A DNA stretch of 64,000 nt from Nannocystis bainbridge (GTDB lineage: Bacteria > Myxococcota_A > Polyangia > Nannocystales > Nannocystaceae), in the NCBI RefSeq assembly GCF_028368995.1, contig NZ_JAQNDL010000001.1:2976001-3040000 (forward strand), in the 5' to 3' direction. The notes beneath the pieces are model-generated. The model searched no databases. It saw only the letters and a list, made by a program, of their open reading frames with translations, and had not been told where the DNA came from. This document shows positions 28,831 through 37,355 of this stretch, piece by piece (the stretch's first letter is position 1; every line of letters starts with the position of its first letter). Both the position numbers and the translations under genes were made by a program.

Positions 28831-30447
28831 ATGAGCAACCGCAACGTCCCCGCCGACGGGCTCGCCGGCCTGCGTCAGAACCTGCAGTCGGACCTGGTGG
28901 CCGGCTTCCTCGTCTTCTTGATCGCGCTCCCGTTGTCGCTGGGGATCTCGATGGCCAGCGGGTTCCCGCCGGTCGCCGGCATCTTCACCGCGATCATCGG
29001 CGGCCTGGTCGTCAGCCTGTTCATGGGCGCGCGGGTCACGATCAAGGGCCCGGCCGCGGGCCTCATCGTCATCGCGCTCGGCTGCATCGAGGAGCTGTCG
29101 CGCGGCGTCACCCCGGTGCTCGGCTACCAGTACGCGCTGGCGGTGATCGTCGCCGCCGGCGTGGTCCAGATCGTGTTCGGCCTGATCCGCGCCGGCGTCA
29201 TGGCCGATTTCTTCCCGTCGGCGGCGGTCCACGGGATGCTGGCCGCGATCGGCATCATCATCGCCTCGAAGCAGATGCACGTCATGGTCGGCGTCGACCC
29301 GGCGGCCAAGACCCCGCTCGGCCAGATCGCCGAGCTGCCGCAGCGGATCCTCGACAACAACCCCGAGATCGCGCTGATCGGCCTGCTGAGCCTCACCATC
29401 CTCGTCCTCATGCCGCGCCTGCGGCACCCGATCGTGCGCAAGATCCCCGCGCCGCTGGTCGTCCTGCTGCTCAGCATCCCGCTCGGCATCTACTTCGACC
29501 TCGACCACGAGCACAACTACCGCTTCGCCGGCCACGAGTATCACCTCGCCCCGAGCATGTTGGTCAACCGGCTCGACAACCTGGTCGGGATGATCACCCT
29601 CCCCGACTTCTCCAACCTCGCCAACTGGACCTCGATCAAGTGGATCATCGCCTTCGCGCTGGTCGGCAGCATCGAGTCGGTGGCCAGCGCCAAGGCGGTC
29701 GACACCCTCGACCCGCACAAGCGCAAGTCGGACTTCAACCGCGACCTCCTGGCTGTCGGCGTCGGCAACACCGCGGCCGGCATGATCGGCGGTCTGCCGA
29801 TGATCTCGGAGATCGTGCGTTCGTCGGCCAACATCAACAACGGCGCCAAGACCCGCTGGGCCAACTTCTTCCACGGCGCCTTCTTGCTCGGCTTCGTCGT
29901 GCTCGCGCCCGGGCTCATCCACATGATCCCCAAGGCCGCGCTGGCGGCGATGCTGGTGTTCACCGGGTTCCGCCTGGCGCACCCGCGCGAGTTCATCCAC
30001 ACCGCGCAGGTCGGCAAGGACCAGCTCCTGGTGTTCCTCGTCACCATCGCCGTCACCGTCGGCGAGGACCTGCTGCTCGGCATCTTCGCCGGCATCGCCA
30101 CCAAGCTGCTGCTGCACATCATGCGCGGCGCCCCGGTGAGCGCGCTGTTCAAGCCCGACCTCGAGGTGCGCGACATCGACGGCGGCACCACTCGCATCAC
30201 CGCGCGCAAGGCCGCGATCTTCAGCAACTACATCGGCCTCAAGCGCGCCATCGATCGCGTGCCCGCGCCGCGCAACGTGGTCGTCGACCTGCATGCCACG
30301 CGGCTCGTCGACCACACGGTGATGGAGCGTCTGCAGGAGCTCGCGCGCGACATGGAACACGAGGGACGTGAACTGACAGTCGTGGGTCTCGAAGGCCACA
30401 AGCCAGTGTCAGGAAATACGCTCGCTGCGCGAACCCGTGCCGCCTGA
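28831..30447 (+). CDS. SulP-family anion (bicarbonate/sulfate) transporter with STAS-like tail
   Basis: DLVAGFLVFLIALPLSLGI, KGPAAGL, GGLPMISEIVRSSAN and many TM helices. Confidence 0.93.
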   Translation: MSNRNVPADGLAGLRQNLQSDLVAGFLVFLIALPLSLGISMASGFPPVAGIFTAIIGGLVVSLFMGARVTIKGPAAGLIVIALGCIEELSRGVTPVLGYQYALAVIVAAGVVQIVFGLIRAGVMADFFPSAAVHGMLAAIGIIIASKQMHVMVGVDPAAKTPLGQIAELPQRILDNNPEIALIGLLSLTILVLMPRLRHPIVRKIPAPLVVLLLSIPLGIYFDLDHEHNYRFAGHEYHLAPSMLVNRLDNLVGMITLPDFSNLANWTSIKWIIAFALVGSIESVASAKAVDTLDPHKRKSDFNRDLLAVGVGNTAAGMIGGLPMISEIVRSSANINNGAKTRWANFFHGAFLLGFVVLAPGLIHMIPKAALAAMLVFTGFRLAHPREFIHTAQVGKDQLLVFLVTIAVTVGEDLLLGIFAGIATKLLLHIMRGAPVSALFKPDLEVRDIDGGTTRITARKAAIFSNYIGLKRAIDRVPAPRNVVVDLHATRLVDHTVMERLQELARDMEHEGRELTVVGLEGHKPVSGNTLAARTRAA

Positions 30448-30591
30448 AATCCATTTCGCGGATCGGCGGGCGCGCCGTCCGCCGAAAACTTGATTTGCGT
30501 CTCGTCGAGGGGTTGCGCCCCCCGCTGATTCCTCCATAGACTGCCAACTCCCCGCAGCAGCCTCTGCGGGGAACTGCAGGGAGGAACATCG

Positions 30592-31671
30592 ATGCGAGAC
30601 GCGGCGAATGAGCACTCTCCACGACCCCTGGCCCAGCGCCTCGCGCTGTACGCCACCCTCGGCGCCGGCCTCGGTCTCGTCACCTGCGTGGCCGTACCGG
30701 CCAAAGAGAATGCGCCGTCGCCAATGCAATCGGTGCTGGCCGCGGGGGGGGCCGATCTCCCCGATACATCAATCCCACCGGCGCGCGCGCCGGCCGACCA
30801 TATCCCACTCGCGATTCCGGTCTCGGCGGATTCCGCGGACTCCCCGAATGCACAATCGGGGTCGTCGCCCCCCGCGCTCGCGGATGCAGCGGCCGACGAG
30901 CCGCTGCACGAGGTGTTCTGGACCGCGCACGAGAAACTGTCGCTCGACGCGCTCGCCATCGCCTGGGGCGTCAAAGCCGCGCAGCTCAGCGAGCTCAACC
31001 CCGAGCTCGACCGCGGCGCGCCGGTCACCGAGGGCACCAAGCTCCTGGTCTACCGCCACGACCCCGAGCACCCGCCGCAGTCGATCGGCTCGCCCAACCG
31101 CGGCAAGCTGCGCAACGGCATGCCCCTGCCCGAAGGGCCAGGTTGGCGCCTGCGCACCCACCGGCCGCGCACCTACGGCACCGTCAACACCATCCGCGCG
31201 CTGGTCGACGCCTTCGAGGACTTCGGCGAGCGCTTCCCCGACGGCCCGAAGATCCGCGTCGGCGAGCTGGCCCGCCGCAGCGGCGGCCGCGTGCCCCCGC
31301 ACCGCTCGCACCGCTCCGGCCGCGACATCGACATCGGCTACATCTTCCACGGCATCGACGACGGCGAGCACCGCTGGAAGTACATGAACGTCCGCAACTT
31401 CGACGCCGAGAAGAACTGGGCCCTGGTCCAGGAGCTGCTCGACACCGACCAGGTGCAGACGATCTACATCGCCAAGAAGCTGCAGAAGCTGCTGCACAAG
31501 GAGGCCCAGAAGCACCTCCCGCCCGAGCAGCTGGCCGCGCTGTTCGAGTACCCGAAGACCTCCGAGAGCCCGCACGCCAAGATCCAGCACTGGCGCGGCC
31601 ACTCCAACCACATGCACGTCCGCTTCCAGTGCGAGTCCGGCAACCGCCGCTGCAGCGCCCGCAGCAAGTGA
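30592..31671 (+). CDS. Penicillin-insensitive murein endopeptidase (MepA-like) with LysM-like domain
   Basis: SIGSPNRGKLRNG, HRSHRSGRDIDI and HSNHMHVRF; LysM-like LAIAWGV...LSELNP. Confidence 0.85.
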   Translation: MRDAANEHSPRPLAQRLALYATLGAGLGLVTCVAVPAKENAPSPMQSVLAAGGADLPDTSIPPARAPADHIPLAIPVSADSADSPNAQSGSSPPALADAAADEPLHEVFWTAHEKLSLDALAIAWGVKAAQLSELNPELDRGAPVTEGTKLLVYRHDPEHPPQSIGSPNRGKLRNGMPLPEGPGWRLRTHRPRTYGTVNTIRALVDAFEDFGERFPDGPKIRVGELARRSGGRVPPHRSHRSGRDIDIGYIFHGIDDGEHRWKYMNVRNFDAEKNWALVQELLDTDQVQTIYIAKKLQKLLHKEAQKHLPPEQLAALFEYPKTSESPHAKIQHWRGHSNHMHVRFQCESGNRRCSARSK

Positions 31672-31682
31672 GGCGCGGCACC

Positions 31683-31724
31683 GGTCCTCGAGGACATGTC
31701 GTAATCGACATGTCCTAACGAGCC
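31683..31724. repeat. Three phased TGTC-N6-GACA-type units between convergent genes
   Basis: GGTC-CTCGAG-GACA|TGTC-GTAATC-GACA|TGTC-CTAACG-AGCC. Confidence 0.85.
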
Positions 31725-32980
31725 GCTCGCTTGCCGCCCCGCGCCCGCCCGCCCGTCCGGGCGGGCTTGTCGTCGATGCCGGCCTGCCGCCGCAGGAACC
31801 CGCCGAACAGCGGCACGGCGAACGAGTAGGCGCCGCGGCGATTCTTGTAGACCAGGCCGATCTCGCACAGCGCCGCCAGCATCTGCGTCAGGCCGCTGCT
31901 GCTGAACGGCTTGCCCGGGCCGGCGCGTGAGCTCTCGACCAGCTCCGCGGGCGTGAACTCCTCGACCTCCGCGCGCTCGAGCCGGGCCGCCAGCAGCAGC
32001 AGCTCGCGCTGGCGGTCAGTCGCCCGCGACCAGCGGGCGGCGAAGAAGTCGTGGTCGAGCTTACGGATGATGTCGCGGGCCGGGACGACGAAGCGCCGGC
32101 CGCCCTGCTCCTGCGCGATCATGGCGAACGCCTCGTGGCAGATGAACTGGATGAAGTACGGGTAGCCACGCGACGCCTCCACGATCGCCGCGACCGCGGC
32201 GGCGTCGAAGCGAAGGGGCGAGCGTGTCACCTCGGGGGGCCGCACGATCGCCTCGCGGCTGCTCGCCTCGTCGAGCCGCTCGATCTGCAGCACCCGGAAC
32301 ATCCGCTCTGCGTACGTCCGCGAGTCGACCAGCCGCGAGAACAACATCGGCAGCCCGGACAGAACGAGCATGAAACGGACCTCGCGGCGCTGGATCGACT
32401 GGAACACGTCCAGCAGCAGCGCCAGCGGGTACTCCTTCGCGGATGCGTGATCGGAGAGGTTCTGCGCCTCGTCGTAAGCGAACACGATCCCACGCGGCTC
32501 GACCACCTCGGCCGCGAGCGTGAGCACCTGCTTGAGCTTGTCGCTCGGCAGCCCCGGCGCACCTTCGTAGACCCGGGTCAGCAGCTCGTAGTCCAGCGTC
32601 TGCTCCCGCCGCGAGCTGGTCGAGCCAAACCCGATCCTGGACAGGCTCTGCCGGCTCGACACCACGAAGCGGCTGGTCGCCAGGGCCAGGTCGGTGATGA
32701 GCCGGGCCGCGATCCGCTCTTCTGACAGGCTGTTCGCCTCGGACAGGTCGGTACCGACCCACAGCCATCCGGCGTCGACGGCGATCTCGCGGAACCGCTC
32801 GAGCAGGACGGTCTTGCCGACCCCGCGCATGCCGGTGACCACCGCATTGCTGAGGATGACCTCCTGGCCCAGCAGCTTGCGAAACTCGGTTTGCTCCGGC
32901 TCCCGGCCCGCGACATGCAACGGCATGTGCCCGGCACCCGGCCGGTAGGGGTTGGCGATCCAATTCATGTCCTCAACCAT
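31715..32980 (-). CDS. P-loop ATPase (AAA_16/archaeal-type) with probable C-terminal winged helix
   Basis: NPYRPGAG..P..AGRE, Walker A GMRGVGKT, Walker B FAYDEAQ, GYPYFIQ and L.EIGLVY. Confidence 0.87.
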   Translation of the reverse strand: MVEDMNWIANPYRPGAGHMPLHVAGREPEQTEFRKLLGQEVILSNAVVTGMRGVGKTVLLERFREIAVDAGWLWVGTDLSEANSLSEERIAARLITDLALATSRFVVSSRQSLSRIGFGSTSSRREQTLDYELLTRVYEGAPGLPSDKLKQVLTLAAEVVEPRGIVFAYDEAQNLSDHASAKEYPLALLLDVFQSIQRREVRFMLVLSGLPMLFSRLVDSRTYAERMFRVLQIERLDEASSREAIVRPPEVTRSPLRFDAAAVAAIVEASRGYPYFIQFICHEAFAMIAQEQGGRRFVVPARDIIRKLDHDFFAARWSRATDRQRELLLLAARLERAEVEEFTPAELVESSRAGPGKPFSSSGLTQMLAALCEIGLVYKNRRGAYSFAVPLFGGFLRRQAGIDDKPARTGGRARGGKRAAR

Positions 32981-32985
32981 AGGTG

Positions 32986-33017
32986 ACTAAATTTAGCTCG
33001 CCAACTAAATTTAGCTC
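32986..33017. promoter_or_regulatory. Tandem AT-rich palindromic operator-like sites
   Basis: ACTAAATTTAGCTC at 32986 and 33004 (18-bp period); the core CTAAATTTAG is a perfect palindrome. Confidence 0.65.
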
Positions 33018-33099
33018 CTCGCCGAACAACCCTGTACGTCCGACCTCACGCCCTCGCGGCTTGCCCGCGCGGCCCGGCGTTTGCGACGCTGCGGGCGTC

Positions 33100-33879
33100 A
33101 TGTTCGGCAAGCCCATCATCGATCTCAGCGACAAGGTAGCGATCGTCACCGGCTCGAGCCGCGGGATCGGGCGGGCGATCGCCGAGCACCTGGCGCGGGC
33201 CGGCGCGCGCGTCGTCATCTCGAGCCGCAAGCCGACCCCGTGCGACGAGGTCGCCGAGGCGATCCGCGGCGCCGGCGGGCAGGCGATCGCGGCCGCGTGC
33301 AACATCTCCGAGCGCGGCCAGGTCGACGCCCTCGTCGACCGCGCCCTCGCCGAGTGGGGCAAGGTCGACATCCTCGTCTGCAACGCCGCCACCAACCCGT
33401 ACTTCGGCTCGCTCGACGGCCTCGGCGACGAGGTCTTCCACAAGATCATGCACAACAACGTGCTCTCGAACCTGTGGCTGGCCAAGCGCGTGGCCCCCGG
33501 GATGATCGAGCGGCGCGACGGCGCGATCCTCATGATCTCGAGCATCGGCGGCCTGCGCGGCGACCCGCTGATCGGCGCCTACAACATGTCCAAGGCCGCC
33601 GACATGCAGCTCGTGCGCAGCCTCGCCGTCGAGTACGGCCCGCACAACGTCCGCGTCAACGCCATCGCCCCCGGCCTGGTCAAGACCGACTTCGCCCGCG
33701 CCCTGTGGCAGAACCCCGACCTCAAGCAGCTCGTCGAGCGCCGCACCCCGCTCGGGCGCATCGGCGACCCCGACGACATCGCCCCGGTCGCCGCCCTCCT
33801 GTGCTCCCCCGCCGGCTCGTTCATCACCGGCCAGGTGCTCGTCGCCGACGGCGGCGTCACCATCGCCGCCGCCTGGTGA
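33100..33879 (+). CDS. SDR family oxidoreductase
   Basis: TGSSRGIG, CNAA, YNMSK and APGLVKTDF. Confidence 0.93.
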   Translation: MFGKPIIDLSDKVAIVTGSSRGIGRAIAEHLARAGARVVISSRKPTPCDEVAEAIRGAGGQAIAAACNISERGQVDALVDRALAEWGKVDILVCNAATNPYFGSLDGLGDEVFHKIMHNNVLSNLWLAKRVAPGMIERRDGAILMISSIGGLRGDPLIGAYNMSKAADMQLVRSLAVEYGPHNVRVNAIAPGLVKTDFARALWQNPDLKQLVERRTPLGRIGDPDDIAPVAALLCSPAGSFITGQVLVADGGVTIAAAW

Positions 33880-33901
33880 TTTATTTCTCTATCCTCGCCG
33901 C

Positions 33902-34696
33902 ATGTCCGTCCGTATCGAGCGCAGCGGCCCCGTCACCACCGTCATCCTCGCCCGGCCCGAGCGGCGCAACGCGGTCGACGGGCCGACCGCCGCCGCGCTC
34001 GAGCGGGCCTTCCGTGAGTTCGACGCCGACCCCGACGCCCGCGTCGCCGTGCTGTGGGGCGAGGGCGGGCATTTCTGCGGCGGCGCCGACCTCAAGGCCC
34101 TGGCCAGCGGCGACGCCAGCAACCAGCTCCACCTCGACGCCCCGGCCGACGCGCTCGGCCGGCCGGCGCCGATGGGTCCCACGCGGCTGCTGCTGCGCAA
34201 GCCGGTGATCGCCGCCGTCAGCGGCTACGCGGTCGCGGGCGGCCTCGAGCTGGCGCTGTGGTGCGACCTGCGGGTCGCCGACGAGGACGCCGTGTTCGGC
34301 GTGTTCTGCCGCCGCTTCGGCGTGCCGCTGATCGACGGCGGCACCGTGCGTCTGCCCCGGCTCGTCGGCATGGGCCGCGCGCTCGACCTCATCCTCACCG
34401 GTCGCCCGGTCGCCGCCGCCGAGGCCCTGGCCATCGGCCTCGTCAATCGCCTCGTCCCGCCCGGCCAGGCCCGCGCCGCCGCCGAGGCCCTGGCCGCCGA
34501 GATCGCCGCCTTCCCGCAGGCGTGCCTGCAGGCCGACCGCCGCTCCGCACATGTCCAGTGGGACATGTCCCTCGAGCAAGCCCTGCTCGCCGAGGCCCAC
34601 GGCGGCGCCGACGTGATCGCCCGCGAATCGATCGCCGGGGCCCAGCGCTTCGCCGCCGGCGAAGGCCGCCACGGCACGGGCTCGACGACAAAATAA
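33902..34696 (+). CDS. Enoyl-CoA hydratase/crotonase family protein
   Basis: RPERRNAVD, FCGGADLK, AGGLELALWCDLRVA and GVPLIDGG. Confidence 0.93.
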   Translation: MSVRIERSGPVTTVILARPERRNAVDGPTAAALERAFREFDADPDARVAVLWGEGGHFCGGADLKALASGDASNQLHLDAPADALGRPAPMGPTRLLLRKPVIAAVSGYAVAGGLELALWCDLRVADEDAVFGVFCRRFGVPLIDGGTVRLPRLVGMGRALDLILTGRPVAAAEALAIGLVNRLVPPGQARAAAEALAAEIAAFPQACLQADRRSAHVQWDMSLEQALLAEAHGGADVIARESIAGAQRFAAGEGRHGTGSTTK

Positions 34697-34977
34697 CCGG
34701 CCGAAGTCGCGACCGCAGCGCTCGCCTCCCGCAGGCTCCCGTCTCTGCGCCGGACCCGAAGATCATCGCCCACGATCGCGGCTCTTCGCCGGCGTGCTCC
34801 CTGCCTCCTGGCCCCGAGATCACGACCTCGCCGCCTGGCTCGCCTGACTCCGGCCTGCGCCTCGCGTCCTCCGACCTCGCTGCTGCCGAGCCCGCTCTGC
34901 TCACCGAACCGGGTTCTCCCGCCACGATGCCCGCGCCGTTGCCCGCGACGCGCGATCGCCCCTATAGTCGCGCCCGC

Positions 34978-35514
34978 ATGCAACGCCGCGAATTCGTCCT
35001 CGGGTCCCCTGCCGTCCTCGCCACCACCGCCTGCAGCAGCGCGCCCGACGAGCTGCCGCCGCCCCCGGCCAAGACGCCCGGCAAGCCCACCGCCCCGCCG
35101 GCGGCCCCGACCGCCGCGCCCACCGCGGTCGCCGACCCGCACGCCGGCCACGGCGACCACGGCGACCACGCTGGCCATCACGCTGGCGACGACGCCACCC
35201 TCACCGTCGCCACCGACTGCCTCAAGACCGGCGAGGTCTGCGTCCAGCACTGCTTCGTCCTGCTCGGCCAGGGCGACACCAGCATGGCCGCCTGCGCCCG
35301 CTCGGCCCACGAGATGCTCGCTGTCACCCGCGCCCTGCTCGTGCTCGCGGCCGGCCCCTCCGAGCACCTGCCCGCCCAGGCCAAGGTCGCCCTCGCCGTC
35401 GGCGAGCGCTGCGAGGCCGAGTGCCGCAAGCACGAGGCCAAGCACCCCGCCTGTAAGGCCTGCGCCGAGGCCTGCAAGGCCGCCGTCACCCGCTACCGCA
35501 CCCTCGCCGGTTGA
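34978..35514 (+). CDS. Csp1-like four-helix-bundle copper storage protein, Tat/lipoprotein signal
   Basis: MQRREF...TTAC, His-rich linker and C..TGEVC..HC...C...C...CRKH...H..CKACAEAC. Confidence 0.83.
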   Translation: MQRREFVLGSPAVLATTACSSAPDELPPPPAKTPGKPTAPPAAPTAAPTAVADPHAGHGDHGDHAGHHAGDDATLTVATDCLKTGEVCVQHCFVLLGQGDTSMAACARSAHEMLAVTRALLVLAAGPSEHLPAQAKVALAVGERCEAECRKHEAKHPACKACAEACKAAVTRYRTLAG

Positions 35515-35546
35515 GCCCGCGGCCGCGGCCGCGATACATTGCGAGC

Positions 35547-36605
35547 GTGGTTCACCGCGCCGTCGTCACGCTCGCCCTGGTCCTCGCCCTGTCCGCCTGC
35601 AGCGACGCCGGTGGTGGCTCCACCGGCAACCTGACCTCGGGGACAGGTACGAGCGGCACCACCGACGAGGCGACCACCACCACCGGCGGCACCACCTCGA
35701 CCACCACCGACGCGCCGACCAGCGAGCCCGCCACCACCGGCGAGCCCGACCCCACCACCTCGACCACCACGACCTCGACCACCGGCGTGATCGAGTGTGA
35801 CGGCGGCGGGCTCGGTCCTGGCGATCACACCTTGATGCTCGACCACGACGGCGCCGCGCGGACCGCCCTCGTCCACATCCCGCCCGGTTACGACCAACTC
35901 GCGCCGGTGCCCGTGGTCCTCAACTTCCACGGCTTCACCCAGGACAGCGACGGCCAGCTCGCGCTCTCGGCCATGAACCCCGTCGCCGACGCCCATGATT
36001 TCGTCGTCGTCTATCCCCAGGGCCTCGACTACTCGTGGAACGCCGGCGAGTGCTGCGGCCTGTCGGTCGTCAACGAAGTCGACGACATCGGCTTCGTCCG
36101 CGCCCTCGTCGCTCGCCTGCAGGACGAGCTGTGCGTCGACCCCCGGCGCGTCTACGCCACCGGCATGTCGAACGGCGGCTACCTCTCCCACCGGCTCGCC
36201 TGCGAGGCCACCGACCTGATCGCCGCCATCGCCCCCGTCTCTGCCACCATCGTCATCGACCCCTGCGAGCCTGCTCGCCCGATCCCCGTCATGATGTTCA
36301 ACGGCACCACCGACATCCTCGTGCCTTATGGCGGCGGCCTCTATCAGAGCGCCCCGCAATCGTTCGCCGACTGGGCCGGCCACAATCACTGCAATGGCGC
36401 CCCCGCGGTCACCCAGCAGGCCGGCGGCGCCACCTGCGAGGCCTACGACGATTGCGACGACGACGTCACCGTCACCCTCTGCACCCTCGAGGGCATGGGC
36501 CACTGCTGGCCTGGCAACCCGGAGTGCCCGTTCGGCACGCCCAGCGTCGACCTCGACGCAAGCGCGCTCATCTGGGAGTTCTTCAGCGGCTACGCGCTGC
36601 CGTGA
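35547..36605 (+). CDS. PHB-depolymerase/LpqC-type esterase lipoprotein
   Basis: LSAC lipobox, VLNFHG, WNAGECCG, DDIGF, GMSNGG and GHCWPG. Confidence 0.9.
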   Translation: MVHRAVVTLALVLALSACSDAGGGSTGNLTSGTGTSGTTDEATTTTGGTTSTTTDAPTSEPATTGEPDPTTSTTTTSTTGVIECDGGGLGPGDHTLMLDHDGAARTALVHIPPGYDQLAPVPVVLNFHGFTQDSDGQLALSAMNPVADAHDFVVVYPQGLDYSWNAGECCGLSVVNEVDDIGFVRALVARLQDELCVDPRRVYATGMSNGGYLSHRLACEATDLIAAIAPVSATIVIDPCEPARPIPVMMFNGTTDILVPYGGGLYQSAPQSFADWAGHNHCNGAPAVTQQAGGATCEAYDDCDDDVTVTLCTLEGMGHCWPGNPECPFGTPSVDLDASALIWEFFSGYALP

Positions 36606-37100
36606 TCAGCCGCGGCGGCACAGCTGATCGACCAGGCGCAGCAGCGTCGGCACGCGGTGCGGCCCGTGCATCGCCCTCACGTGCGCGGCGGCCTCGTCGT
36701 CGTCCATACCGATGGCCGTGACGAACAGGGGCCGGCGGCTGTCGCCGCGCAGCACCTCGCGGGCTGGCGCGCCGCGGAACGGATTCTTGGCCACCCCGAC
36801 CACCGGCGTCGTCTCGCCGAGCGCGTGATAGAGGTGCGCCCCGAGGCCCGGCCGGTCGGGCCCGAGCCACACGTGGCCATCGACCACCACCACCGAGGGA
36901 GGCGCCGGGCAGCGGGCCAGCGCCGCCAGCAGGCACGGCAGCTCACGCGTATAAAACGCCCCGGGCGCGTACTCGGCCGCGGCCGGGCTCGTCACCGTAT
37001 AGCTCTGAAGGACATGTTCTTCGGACCATGTCTCGAAGAGCACACAGGCAGTCACCGCCGCGTCCGGGCGGTAGTCGACGTCGAGCGCGGCGATCGCCAC
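36606..37100 (-). CDS. nfi: Endonuclease V family protein
   Basis: ALDVDY, YAPGAFYTRELP, VVVDGHVWL, GVAK and RVPTLLRLVD. Confidence 0.85.
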   Translation of the reverse strand: MAIAALDVDYRPDAAVTACVLFETWSEEHVLQSYTVTSPAAAEYAPGAFYTRELPCLLAALARCPAPPSVVVVDGHVWLGPDRPGLGAHLYHALGETTPVVGVAKNPFRGAPAREVLRGDSRRPLFVTAIGMDDDEAAAHVRAMHGPHRVPTLLRLVDQLCRRG

Positions 37101-37355
37101 CCCTCGTCGATACCAGCTCGGGCCCGCGTGCGCGAGGGCCAAGCCGCAGCGTCTCAGGCGCGATCTTGCGCCACCCGTCGCCCGCCCGGTCCGCGCCGAC
37201 GCTCCGGCGAGCGGTGCGACCCGCCCGGCTGGACGGCGAGCAGGGCGACCCCGGCGAGCGCGCTCGACTTTCATCAAACATGACCTCCGGGACATGTCCC
37301 GAAGCACCTGCTCGAGTGATTGTCGCCGACGCGCGGACAAGATACTTCCTTCGGG

